Shown piece by piece: positions 25,001-40,000 of a DNA stretch of 64,000 nucleotides (position 1 is the first letter of the stretch; every line of letters starts with the position of its first letter). This DNA is from Auanema rhodensis (lineage: Eukaryota; Animalia; Nematoda). Below the pieces are notes generated by a model. That model was not told the DNA's origin. It did no database searches and saw nothing but the letters and a program-made list of their open reading frames with translations. The position numbers and the translations under genes were made by a program. The stretch is from the NCBI GenBank assembly GCA_964057225.1, contig OZ059900.1, forward strand, positions 7,564,001-7,628,000. Direction: 5' to 3'.

Positions 25001-28000
25001 TTTCACATATATATGTCCAATTTTAACCACTTTGGTCAAAAAGGACCGAAAATATCAAGAATTATTAGTTTTTTGGGGTTTGAAGGGCATTTTGGCAAAA
25101 TCAGTCAAACTTTTGATCTTAAGCATATTTTTTTCTTCTAAAACGACTAAATGTATGAAATACTGTCATAGAATGTTGATATAGGTGTATTTTGCACGAA
25201 TATCAAAACTGATTGAAATATGGGCCTTTTTATGCTCAAAACGCCATATATTCAACGATTTTGGGTACAAAACATGTGAAAACTGTATGTTTTGATCAGA
25301 CCCTTTGAGATATGGATTTGAAATTCAGGATTCATAAACTTTGACTATTTTTACATATATATGTTCAATTTTAACCACTTTGGTCAAAAAGGACCGAAAA
25401 TATCAAGAATTATTGGTTTTTTGGGGTTTGAAGGGCATTTTGGCAAAATCAGTCAAACTTTTGATCTTAAGCATATTTTTTTCTTCTAAAACGACTAAAT
25501 GTATGAAATATTGTCATAGATTGTTCATATAGGTGTATTTTGCACGAATATCAAAACTGATTGAAATATGGGCCTTTTTATGCTCCAAACGCCATATATT
25601 CAACGATTTTGGGTACAAAACATGTGAAAACTGTATGTTTTGATCAGACCCTTTGAGATATGGATTTGAAATTCAGGATTCATAAACTTTGACTATTATT
25701 ACATATATATGTCCAATTTTAACCACTTTGGTCAAAAAGGACCGAAAATATCAAGAATTATTGGTTTTTTGGGGTTTGAAGGGCATTTTGGCTAAATCAG
25801 TCAAACTTTTGATCTTAAGCATATTTTTTTCTTCTAAAACGACTAAATGTATGAAATACTGTCATAGAATGTTCATATAGGTGTATTTTGCACGAATATC
25901 AAAACTGATTGAAATATGGGCCTTTTTATGCTCAAAACGCCATATATTCAACGATTTTGGGTACAAAACATGTGAAAACTGTATGTTTTGATCAGACCCT
26001 TTGAGATATGGATTTGAAATTCAGGATTCATAAACTTCGACTATTTCTACATATATATGTTCAATTTTAACCACTTTGGTCAAAAAGGACCGAAAATATC
26101 AAGAATTATTGGTTTTTTGGGGTTTGAAGGGCATTTTGGCAAAATCAGTCAAACTTTTGATCTTAAGCATATTTTTTTCTTCTAAAACGACTAAATGTAT
26201 GAAATACTGTCATAGAATGTTCATATAGGTGTATTTTGCACGAATATCAAAACTGATTGAAATATGGGCCTTTTTATGCTCAAAACGCCATATATTCAAC
26301 GATTTTGGGTACAAAACATGTGAAAACTGTATGTTTTGATCAGACCCTTTGAGATATGGATTTGAAATTCAGGATTCATAAACTTTGACTAATTTTACAT
26401 ATATATGTCCAATTTTAACCACTTTGGTCAAAAAGGACCGAAAATATCAAGAATTATTGGTTTTTTGGGGTTTGAAGGGCATTTTGGCTAAATCAGTCAA
26501 ACTTTTGATCTTAAGCATATTTTTTTCTTCTAAAACGACTAAATGTATGAAATACTGTCAAAGAATGTTCATATAGGTGTGTTTTGCACAAATATCAAAA
26601 CTGATTGAAATATGGGCCTTTTTATGCTCAAAACGCCATATATTCAACGATTTTGGGTACAAAACATGTGAAAACTGTATGTTTTGATCAGACCCTTTGA
26701 GATATGGATTTGAAATTCAGGATTCATAAACTTTGACTATTTTTACATATATACGTTCAAAAGTAACCACTTTGGTTAAAAAGGACCGAAAATATCAAGA
26801 ATTATTGGTTTTTTGGGGTTTGAAGGGCATTTTGGCAAAATCAGTCAAACTTTTGATCTTAAGCATATTTTTTTCTTCTAAAACGACTAAATGTATGAAA
26901 TACTGTCATAGAATGTTGATATAGGTGTATTTTGCACGAATATCAAAACTGATTGAAATATGGGCCTTTTTATGCTCAAAACGCCATATATTCAACGATT
27001 TTGGGTACAAAACATGTGAAAACTGTATGTTTTAATCAGACCCTTTGAGATATGGATTTGAAATTCAGGATTCATAAACTTTGACTATTTTTACATATAT
27101 ATGTTCAATTTTAACCACTTTGGTCAAAAAGGACCGAAAATATCAAGAATTATTGGTTTTTTGGGGTTTGAAGGGCATTTTGGCTAAATCAGTCAAACTT
27201 TTGATCTTAAGCATATTTTTTTCTTCTAAAACGACTAAATGTATGAAATACTGTCATAGATTGTTCATATAGGTGTATTTTGCACGAATATCAAAACTGA
27301 TTGAAATATGGGCCTTTTTATGCTCCAAACGCCATATATTCAACGATTTTGGGTACAAAACATGTGAAAACTGTATGTTTTGATCAGACCCTTTGAGATA
27401 TGGATTTGAAATTCAGGATTCATAAACTTTGACTATTATTACATATATATGTCCAATTTTAACCACTTTGGTCAAAAAGGACCGAAAATATCAAGAATTA
27501 TTGGTTTTTTGGGGTTTGAAGGGCATTTTGGCTAAATCAGTCAAACTTTTGATCTTAAGCATATTTTTTTCTTCTAAAACGACTAAATGTATGAAATACT
27601 GTCATAGAATGTTCATATAGGTGTATTTTGCACGAATATCAAAACTGATTGAAATATGGGCCTTTTTATGCTCAAAACGCCATATATTCAACGATTTTGG
27701 GTACAAAACATGTGAAAACTGTATGTTTTGATCAGACCCTTTGAGATATGGATTTGAAATTCAGGATTCATAAACTTCGACTATTTCTACATATATATGT
27801 TCAATTTTAACCACTTTGGTCAAAAAGGACCGAAAATATCAAGAATTATTGGTTTTTTGGGGTTTGAAGGGCATTTTGGCAAAATCAGTCAAACTTTTGA
27901 TCTTAAGCATATTTTTTTCTTCTAAAACGACTAAATGTATGAAATACTGTCATAGAATGTTCATATAGGTGTATTTTGCACGAATATCAAAACTGATTGA

Positions 28001-31000
28001 AATATGGGCCTTTTTATGCTCAAAACGCCATATATTCAACGATTTTGGGTACAAAACATGTGAAAACTGTATGTTTTGATCAGACCCTTTGAGATATGGA
28101 TTTGAAATTCAGGATTCATAAACTTTGACTAATTTTACATATATATGTCCAATTTTAACCACTTTGGTCAAAAAGGACCGAAAATATCAAGAATTATTGG
28201 TTTTTTGGGGTTTGAAGGGCATTTTGGCAAAATCAGTCAAACTTTTGATCTTAAGCATATTTTTTTCTTCTAAAACGACTAAATGTATGAAATACTGTCA
28301 TAGAATGTTCATATAGGTGTATTTTGCACGAATATCAAAACTGATTGAAATATGGGCCTTTTTATGCTCAAAACGCCATATATTCAACGATTTTGGGTAC
28401 AAAACATGTGAAAACTGTATGTTTTGATCAGACCCTTTGAGATATGGATTTGAAATTCAGGATTCATAAACTTTGACTATTTTTACATATATATGTTCAA
28501 TTTTAACCACTTTGGTCAAAAAGGACCGAAAATATGAAGAATTATTGGTTTTTTGGGGTTTGAAGGGCATTTTGGCAAAATCAGTCAAACTTTTGATCTT
28601 AAGCATATTTTTTTCTTCTAAAACGACTAAATGTATGAAATACTGTCAAAGAATGTTCATATAGGTGTATTTTGCACGAATATCAAAACTGATTGAAATA
28701 TGGGCCTTTTTATGCTCAAAACGCCATATATTCAACGATTTTGGGTACAAAACATGTGAAAACTGTATGTTTTGATCAGACCCTTTGAGATATGGATTTG
28801 AAATTCAGGATTCATAAACTTTGACTATTTTCACATATATATGTCCAATTTTAACCACTTTGGTCAAAAAGGACCGAAAATATCAAGAATTATTGGTTTT
28901 TTGGGGTTTGAAGGGCATTTTGGCAAAATCAGTCAAACTTTTGATCTTAAGCATATTTTTTTCTTCTAAAACGACTAAATGTATGAAATACTGTCATAGA
29001 ATGTTGATATAGGTGTATTTTGCACGAATATCAAAACTGATTGAAATATGGGCCTTTTTATGCTCAAAACGCCATATATTCAACGATTTTGGGTACAAAA
29101 CATGTGAAAACTGTATGTTTTGATCAGACCCTTTGAGATATGGATTTGGAATTCAGGATTCATAAACTTTGACTATTTTTACATATATATGTTCAATTTT
29201 AACCACTTTGGTCAAAAAGGACCGAAAATATCAAGAATTATTGGTTTTTTGGGGTTTGAAGGGCATTTTGGCAAAATCAGTCAAACTTTTGATCTTAAGC
29301 ATATTTTTTTCTTCTAAAACGACTAAATGTATGAAATACTGTCATAGATTGTTCATATAGGTGTATTTTGCACGAATATCAAAACTGATTGAAATATGGG
29401 CCTTTTTATGCTCCAAACGCCATATATTCAACGATTTTGGGTACAAAACATGTGAAAACTGTATGTTTTGATCAGACCCTTTGAGATATGGATTTGAAAT
29501 TCAGGATTCATAAACTTCGACTATTTCTACATATATATGTTCAATTTTAACCACTTTGGTCAAAAAGGACCGAAAATATCAAGAATTATTGGTTTTTTGG
29601 GGTTTGAAGGGCATTTTGGCAAAATCAGTCAAACTTTTGATCTTAAGCATATTTTTTTCTTCTGAAACGACTAAATGTATGAAATACTGTCAAAGAATGT
29701 TCATATAGGTGTATTTTGCACGAATATCAAAACTGATTGAAATATGGGCCTTTTTATGCTCAAAACGCCATATATTCAACGATTTTGGGTACAAAACATG
29801 TGAAAACTGTATGTTTTGATCAGACCCTTTGAGATATGGATTTGAAATTCAGGATTCATAAACTTTGACTATTTTCACATATATATGTCCAATTTTAACC
29901 ACTTTGGTCAAAAAGGACCGAAAATATCAAGAATTATTGGTTTTTTGGGGTTTGAAGGGCATTTTGGCAAAATCAGTCAAACTTTTGATCTTAAGCATAT
30001 TTTTTTCTTCTAAAACGACTAAATGTATGAAATACTGTCATAGAATGTTGATATAGGTGTATTTTGCACGAATATCAAAACTGATTGAAATATGGGCCTT
30101 TTTATGCTCAAAACGCCATATATTCAACGATTTTGGGTACAAAACATGTGAAAACTGTATGTTTTGATCAGACCCTTTGAGATATGGATTTGGAATTCAG
30201 GATTCATAAACTTTGACTATTTTTACATATATATGTTCAATTTTAACCACTTTGGTCAAAAAGGACCGAAAATATCAAGAATTATTGGTTTTTTGGGGTT
30301 TGAAGGGCATTTTGGCAAAATCAGTCAAACTTTTGATCTTAAGCATATTTTTTTCTTCTAAAACGACTAAATGTATGAAATACTGTCATAGATTGTTCAT
30401 ATAGGTGTATTTTGCACGAATATCAAAACTGATTGAAATATGGGCCTTTTTATGCTCCAAACGCCATATATTCAACGATTTTGGGTACAAAACATGTGAA
30501 AACTGTATGTTTTGATCAGACCCTTTGAGATATGGATTTGAAATTCAGGATTCATAAACTTTGACTATTTCTACATATATATGTTCAATTTTAACCACTT
30601 TGGTCAAAAAGGACCGAAAATATCAAGAATTATTGGTTTTTTGGGGTTTGAAGGGCATTTTGGCAAAATCAGTCAAACTTTTGATCTTAAGCATATTTTT
30701 TTCTTCTAAAACGACTAAATGTATGAAATACTGTCATAGAATGTTCATATAGGTGTATTTTGCACGAATATCAAAACTGATTGAAATATGGGCCTTTTTA
30801 TGCTCAAAACGCCATATATTCAACGATTTTGGGTACAAAACATGTGAAAACTGTATGTTTTGATCAGACCCTTTGAGATATGGATTTGAAATTCAGGATT
30901 CATAAACTTTGACTATTTTTACATATATATGTCCAATTTTAACCACTTTGGTCAAAAAGGACCGAAAATATCAAGAATTATTGGTTTTTTGGGGTTTGAA

Positions 31001-31084
31001 GGGCATTTTGGCAAAATCAGTCAAACTTTTGATCTTAAGCATATTTTTTTCTTCTAAAACGACTAAATGTATGAAATACTGTCA

Positions 31085-34000
31085 AAGAATGTTCATATAG
31101 GTGTATTTTGCACGAATATCAAAACTGATTGAAATATGGGCCTTTTTATGCTCAAAACGCCATATATTCAACGATTTTGGGTACAAAACATGTGAAAACT
31201 GTATGTTTTGATCAGACCCTTTGAGATATGGATTTGAAATTCAGGATTCATAAACTTTGACTATTTTCACATATATATGTCCAATTTTAACCACTTTGGT
31301 CAAAAAGGACCGAAAATATCAAGAATTATTGGTTTTTTGGGGTTTGAAGGGCATTTTGGCAAAATCAGTCAAACTTTTGATCTTAAGCATATTTTTTTCT
31401 TCTAAAACGACTAAATGTATGAAATACTGTCATAGAATGTTGATATAGGTGTATTTTGCACGAATATCAAAACTGATTGAAATATGGGCCTTTTTATGCT
31501 CAAAACGCCATATATTCAACGATTTTGGGTACAAAACATGTGAAAACTGTATGTTTTGATCAGACCCTTTGAGATATGGATTTGGAATTCAGGATTCATA
31601 AACTTTGACTATTTTTACATATATATGTTTAATTTTAACCACTTTGGTCAAAAAGGACCGAAAATATCAAGAATTATTGGTTTTTTGGGGTTTGAAGGGC
31701 ATTTTGGCAAAATCAGTCAAACTTTTGATCTTAAGCATATTTTTTTCTTCTAAAACGACTAAATGTATGAAACACTGTCATAGATTGTTCATATAGGTGT
31801 ATTTTGCACGAATATCAAAACTGATTGAAATATGGGCCTTTTTATGCTCCAAACGCCATATATTCAACGATTTTGGGTACAAAACATGTGAAAACTGTAT
31901 GTTTTGATCAGACCCTTTGAGATATGGATTTGAAATTCAGGATTCATAAACTTTGACTATTATTACATATATATGTCCAATTTTAACCACTTTGGTCAAA
32001 AAGGACCGAAAATATCAAGAATTATTGGTTTTTTGGGGTTTGAAGGGCATTTTGGCTAAATCAGTCAAACTTTTGATCTTAAGCATATTTTTTTCTTCTA
32101 AAACGACTAAATGTATGAAATACTGTCATAGAATGTTCATATAGGTGTATTTTGCACGAATATCAAAACTGATTGAAATATGGGCCTTTTTATGCTCAAA
32201 ACGCCATATATTCAACGATTTTGGGTACAAAACATGTGAAAACTGTATGTTTTGATCAGACCCTTTGAGATATGGATTTGGAATTCAGGATTCATAAACT
32301 TTGACTATTTTTACATATATATGTTCAATTTTAACCACTTTGGTCAAAAAGGACCGAAAATATCAAGAATTATTGGTTTTTTGGGGTTTGAAGGGCATTT
32401 TGGCAAAATCAGTCAAACTTTTGATCTTAAGCATATTTTTTTCTTCTAAAACGACTAAATGTATGAAATACTGTCATAGATTGTTCATATAGGTGTATTT
32501 TGCACGAATATCAAAACTGATTGAAATATGGGCCTTTTTATGCTCCAAACGCCATATATTCAACGATTTTGGGTACAAAACATGTGAAAACTGTATGTTT
32601 TGATCAGACCCTTTGAGATATGGATTTGAAATTCAGGATTCATAAACTTCGACTATTTCTACATATATATGTTCAATTTTAACCACTTTGGTCAAAAAGG
32701 ACCGAAAATATCAAGAATTATTGGTTTTTTGGGGTTTGAAGGGCATTTTGGCTAAATCAGTCAAACTTTTGATCTTAAGCATATTTTCTTCTTCTAAAAC
32801 GACTAAATGTATGAAATACTGTCAAAGAATGTTCATATAGGTGTATTTTGCACGAATATCAAAACTGATTGAAATATGGGCCTTTTTATGCTCAAAACGC
32901 CATATATTCAACGATTTTGGGTACAAAACATGTGAAAACTGTATGTTTTGATCAGACCCTTTGAGATATAGATTTAAAATTCAGGATTCAAAAAATTCGA
33001 CTATTTTTACATATATATGTCCAATTTTAACCACTTTGGTCAAAAAGGACCGAAAATATCAAGAATTATTGGTTTTTTGGGGTTTGAAGGGCATTTTGGC
33101 AAAATCAGTCAAACTTTTGATCTTAAGCATATTTTTTTCTTCTAAAACGACTAAATGTATGAAATACTGTCATAGAATGTTCATATAGGTGTATTTTGCA
33201 CGAATATCAAAACTGATTGAAATATGGGCCTTTTTATGCTCAAAACGCCATATATTCAACGATTTTGGGTACAAAACATGTGAAAACTGTATGTTTTGAT
33301 CAGACCCTTTGAGATATGGATTTGAAATTCAGGATTCATAAACTTTGACTATTTTTACATATATATGTCCAATTTTAACCACTTTGGTCAAAAAGGACCG
33401 AAAATATCAAGAATTATTGGTTTTTTGGGGTTTGAAGGGCATTTTGGCTAAATCAGTCAAACTTTTGATCTTAAGCATATTTTTTTCTTCTAAAACGACT
33501 AAATGTATGAAATACTGTCAAAGAATGTTCATATAGGTGTATTTTGCACGAATATCAAAACTGATTGAAATATGGGCCTTTTTATGCTCAAAACGCCATA
33601 TATTCAACGATTTTGGGTACAAAACATGTGAAAACTGTATGTTTTGATCAGACCCTTTGAGATATGGATTTAAAATTCAGGATTCAAAAAATTCGACTAT
33701 TTTTACATATATATGTCCAATTTTAACCACTTTGGTCAAAAAGGACCGAAAATATCAAGAATTATTGGTTTTTTGGGGTTTGAAGGGCATTTTGGCAAAA
33801 TCAGTCAAACTTTTGATCTTAAGCATATTTTTTTCTTCTAAAACGACTAAATGTATGAAATACTGTCATAGAATGTTCATATAGGTGTATTTTGCACGAA
33901 TATCAAAACTGATTGAAATATGGGCCTTTTTATGCTCAAAACGCCATATATTCAACGATTTTGGGTACAAAACATGTGAAAACTGTATGTTTTGATCAGA

Positions 34001-37000
34001 CCCTTTGAGATATGGATTTGAAATTCAGGATTCATAAACTTTGACTATTTTCACATATATATGTCCAATTTTAACCACTTTGGTCAAAAAGGACCGAAAA
34101 TATCAAGAATTATTGGTTTTTTGGGGTTTGAAGGGCATTTTGGCAAAATCAGTCAAACTTTTGATCTTAAGCATATTTTTTTCTTCTAAAACGACTAAAT
34201 GTATGAAATACTGTCATAGAATGTTCATATAGGTGTATTTTGCACGAATATCAAAACTGATTGAAATATGGGCCTTTTTATGCTCAAAACGCCATATATT
34301 CAACGATTTTGGGTACAAAACATGTGAAAACTGTATGTTTTGATCAGACCCTTTGAGATATGGATTTGAAATTCAGGATTCATAAACTTCGACTATTTCT
34401 ACATATATATGTCCAATTTTAACCACTTTGGTCAAAAAGGACCGAAAATATCAAGAATTATTGGTTTTTTGGGGTTTGAAGGGCATTTTGGCAAAATCAG
34501 TCAAACTTTTGATCTTAAGCATATTTTTTTCTTCTAAAACGACTAAATGTATGAAATACTGTCAAAGAATGTTCATATAGGTGTATTTTGCACGAATATC
34601 AAAACTGATTGAAATATGGGCCTTTTTATGCTCAAAACGCCATATATTCAACGATTTTGGGTACAAAACATGTGAAAACTGTATGTTTTGATCAGACCCT
34701 TTGAGATATGGATTTAAAATTCAGGATTCATAAAATTCAACTATTTTTACATATATATGTCCAATTTTAACCACTTTGGTCAAAAAGGACCGAAAATATC
34801 AAGAATTATTGGTTTTTTGGGGTTTGAAGGGCATTTTGGCAAAATCAGTCAAACTTTTGATCTTAAGCATATTTTTTTCTTCTAAAACGACTAAATGTAT
34901 GAAATACTGTCATAAAATGTTCATATAGGTGTATTTTGCACGAATATCAAAACTGATTGAAATATGGGCCTTTTTATGCTCAAAACGCCATATATTCAAC
35001 GATTTTGGGTACAAAACATGTGAAAACTGTATGTTTTGATCAGACCCTTTGAGATATGGATTTAAAATTCAGGATTCAAAAAATTCGACTATTTTTACAT
35101 ATATATGTCCAATTTTAACCACTTTGGTCAAAAAGGACCGAAAATATCAAGAATTATTGGTTTTTTGGGGTTTGAAGGGCATTTTGGCAAAATCAGTCAA
35201 ACTTTTGATCTTAAGCATATTTTTTTCTTCTAAAACGACTAAATGTATGAAATACTGTCATAGAATGTTCATATAGGTGTATTTTGCACGAATATCAAAA
35301 CTGATTGAAATATGGGCCTTTTTATGCTCAAAACGCCATATATTCAACGATTTTGGGTACAAAACATGTGAAAACTGTATGTTTTGATCAGACCCTTTGA
35401 GATATGGATTTGAAATTCAGGATTCATAAACTTTGACTGTTTTCACATATATATGTCCAATTTTAACCACTTTGGTCAAAAAGGACCGAAAATATCAAGA
35501 ATTATTGGTTTTTTGGGGTTTGAAGGGCATTTTGGCAAAATCAGTCAAACTTTTGATCTTAAGCATATTTTTTTCTTCTAAAACGACTAAATGTATGAAA
35601 TACTGTCATAGAATGTTCATATAGGTGTATTTTGCACGAATATCAAAACTGATTGAAATATGGGCCTTTTTATGCTCAAAACGCCATATATTCAACGATT
35701 TTGGGTACAAAACATGTGAAAACTGTATGTTTTGATCAGACCCTTTGAGATATGGATTTGAAATTCAGGATTCATAAACTTTGACTATTTTTACATATAT
35801 ATGTCCAATTTTAACCACTTTGGTCAAAAAGGACCGAAAATATCAAGAATTATTGGTTTTTTGGGGTTTGAAGGGCATTTTGGCTAAATCAGTCAAACTT
35901 TTGATCTTAAGCATATTTTTTTCTTCTAAAACGACTAAATGTATGAAATACTGTCAAAGATTGTTCATATAGGTGTATTTTGCACGAATATCAAAACTGA
36001 TTGAAATATGGGCCTTTTTATGCTCAAAACGCCATATATTCAACGATTTTGGGTACAAAACATGTGAAAACTGTATGTTTTGATCAGACCCTTTGAGATA
36101 TGGATTTAAAATTCAGGATTCATAAAATTCGACTATTTTTACATATATATGTCCAATTTTAACCACTTTGGTCAAAAAGGACCGAAAATATCAAGAATTA
36201 TTGGTTTTTTGGGGTTTGAAGGGCATTTTGGCAAAATCAGTCAAACTTTTGATCTTAAGCATATTTTTTTCTTCTAAAACGACTAAATGTATGAAATACT
36301 GTCATAGAATGTTCATATAGGTGTATTTTGCACGAATATCAAAACTGATTGAAATATGGGCCTTTTTATGTTCAAAACGCCATATATTCAACGATTTTGG
36401 GTACAAAACATGTGAAAACTGTATGTTTTGATCAGACCCTTTGAGATATGGATTTGAAATTCAGGATTCATAAACATTGACTATTTTTACATATATATGT
36501 CCAATTTTAACCACTTTGGTCGAAAAGGACCGAAAATATCAAGAATTATTGGTTTTTTGGGGATTGAAGGGCATTTTGGCAAAATCAGTCAAACTTTTGA
36601 TCTTAAGCATATTTTTTTCTTCTAAAACGACTAAATGTATGAAATACTGTCATAGAATGTTCATATAGGTGTATTTTGCACGAATATCAAAACTGATTGA
36701 AATATGGGCCTTTTTATGTTCAAAACGCCATATATTCAACGATTTTGGGTACAAAACATGTGAAAACTGTATGTTTTGATCAGACCCTTTGAGATATGGA
36801 TTTGGAATTCAGGATTCATAAACTTTGACTATTTTTACATATATATGTTCAATTTTAACCACTTTGGTCAAAAAGGACCGAAAATATCAAGAATTATTGG
36901 TTTTTTGGGGATTGAAGGGCATTTTGGCTAAATCAGTCAAACTTTTGATCTTAAGCATATTTTTTTCTTCTAAAACGACTAAATGTATGAAATACTGTCA

Positions 37001-40000
37001 TAGAATGTTCATATAGGTGTATTTTGCACGAATATCAAAACTGATTGAAATATGGGCCTTTTTATGTTCAAAACGCCATATATTCAACGATTTTGGGTAC
37101 AAAACATGTGAAAACTGTATGTTTTGATCAGACCCTTTGAGATATGGATTTGAAATTCAGGATTCATAAACTTTGACTATTTTTACATATATATGTCCAA
37201 TTTTAACCACTTTGGTCAAAAAGGACCGAAAATATCAAGAATTATTGGTTTTTTGGGGATTGAAGGGCATTTTGGCAAAATCAGTCAAACTTTTGATCTT
37301 AAGCATATTTTTTTCTTCTAAAACGACTAAATGTATGAAATACTGTCATAGAATGTTCATATAGGTGTATTTTGCACGAATATCAAAACTGATTGAAATA
37401 TGGGCCTTTTTATGTTCAAAACGCCATATATTCAACGATTTTGGGTACAAAACATGTGAAAACTGTATGTTTTGATCAGACCCTTTGAGATATGGATTTG
37501 GAATTCAGGATTCATAAACTTTGACTATTTTTACATATATATGTTCAATTTTAACCACTTTGGTCAAAAAGGACCGAAAATATCAAGAATTATTGGTTTT
37601 TTGGGGTTTGAAGGGCATTTTGGCTAAATCAGTCAAACTTTTGATCTTAAGCATATTTTTTTCTTCTAAAACGACTAAATGTATGAAATACTGTCATAGA
37701 ATGTTCATATAGGTGTATTTTGCACGAATATCAAAACTGATTGAAATATGGGCCTTTTTATGTTCAAAACGCCATATATTCAACGATTTTGGGTACAAAA
37801 CATGTGAAAACTGTATGTTTTGATCAGACCCTTTGAGATATGGATTTGAAATTCAGGATTCATAAACTTTGACTATTTTTACATATATATGTCCAATTTT
37901 AACCACTTTGGTCAAAAAGGACCGAAAATATCAAGAATTATTGGTTTTTTGGGGATTGAAGGGCATTTTGGCAAAATCAGTCAAACTTTTGATCTTAAGC
38001 ATATTTTTTTCTTCTAAAACGACTAAATGTATGAAATACTGTCAAAGAATGTTCATATAGGTGTATTTTGCACGAATATCAAAACTGATTGAAATATGGG
38101 CCTTTTTATGCTCAAAACGCCATATATTCAACGATTTTGGGTACAAAACATGTGAAAACTGTATGTTTTGATCAGACCCTTTGAGATATGGATTTGAAAT
38201 TCAGGATTCATAAACTTTGACTATTTTCACATATATATGTCCAATTTTAACCACTTTGGTCAAAAAGGACCGAAAATATCAAGAATTATTGGTTTTTTGG
38301 GGTTTGAAGGGCATTTTGGCAAAATCAGTCAAACTTTTGATCTTAAGCATATTTTTTTCTTCTAAAACGACTAAATGTATGAAATACTGTCATAGAATGT
38401 TGATATAGGTGTATTTTGCACGAATATCAAAACTGATTGAAATATGGGCCTTTTTATGCTCAAAACGCCATATATTCAACGATTTTGGGTACAAAACATG
38501 TGAAAACTGTATGTTTTGATCAGACCCTTTGAGATATGGATTTGGAATTCAGGATTCATAAACTTTGACTATTTTTACATATATATGTTTAATTTTAACC
38601 ACTTTGGTCAAAAAGGACCGAAAATATCAAGAATTATTGGTTTTTTGGGGTTTGAAGGGCATTTTGGCAAAATCAGTCAAACTTTTGATCTTAAGCATAT
38701 TTTTTTCTTCTAAAACGACTAAATGTATGAAACACTGTCATAGATTGTTCATATAGGTGTATTTTGCACGAATATCAAAACTGATTGAAATATGGGCCTT
38801 TTTATGCTCCAAACGCCATATATTCAACGATTTTGGGTACAAAACATGTGAAAACTGTATGTTTTGATCAGACCCTTTGAGATATGGATTTGAAATTCAG
38901 GATTCATAAACTTTGACTATTATTACATATATATGTCCAATTTTAACCACTTTGGTCAAAAAGGACCGAAAATATCAAGAATTATTGGTTTTTTGGGGTT
39001 TGAAGGGCATTTTGGCTAAATCAGTCAAACTTTTGATCTTAAGCATATTTTTTTCTTCTAAAACGACTAAATGTATGAAATACTGTCATAGAATGTTCAT
39101 ATAGGTGTATTTTGCACGAATATCAAAACTGATTGAAATATGGGCCTTTTTATGCTCAAAACGCCATATATTCAACGATTTTGGGTACAAAACATGTGAA
39201 AACTGTATGTTTTGATCAGACCCTTTGAGATATGGATTTGGAATTCAGGATTCATAAACTTTGACTATTTTTACATATATATGTTCAATTTTAACCACTT
39301 TGGTCAAAAAGGACCGAAAATATCAAGAATTATTGGTTTTTTGGGGTTTGAAGGGCATTTTGGCAAAATCAGTCAAACTTTTGATCTTAAGCATATTTTT
39401 TTCTTCTAAAACGACTAAATGTATGAAATACTGTCATAGATTGTTCATATAGGTGTATTTTGCACGAATATCAAAACTGATTGAAATATGGGCCTTTTTA
39501 TGCTCCAAACGCCATATATTCAACGATTTTGGGTACAAAACATGTGAAAACTGTATGTTTTGATCAGACCCTTTGAGATATGGATTTGAAATTCAGGATT
39601 CATAAACTTCGACTATTTCTACATATATATGTTCAATTTTAACCACTTTGGTCAAAAAGGACCGAAAATATCAAGAATTATTGGTTTTTTGGGGTTTGAA
39701 GGGCATTTTGGCTAAATCAGTCAAACTTTTGATCTTAAGCATATTTTCTTCTTCTAAAACGACTAAATGTATGAAATACTGTCAAAGAATGTTCATATAG
39801 GTGTATTTTGCACGAATATCAAAACTGATTGAAATATGGGCCTTTTTATGCTCAAAACGCCATATATTCAACGATTTTGGGTACAAAACATGTGAAAACT
39901 GTATGTTTTGATCAGACCCTTTGAGATATGGATTTAAAATTCAGGATTCAAAAAATTCGACTATTTTTACATATATATGTCCAATTTTAACCACTTTGGT

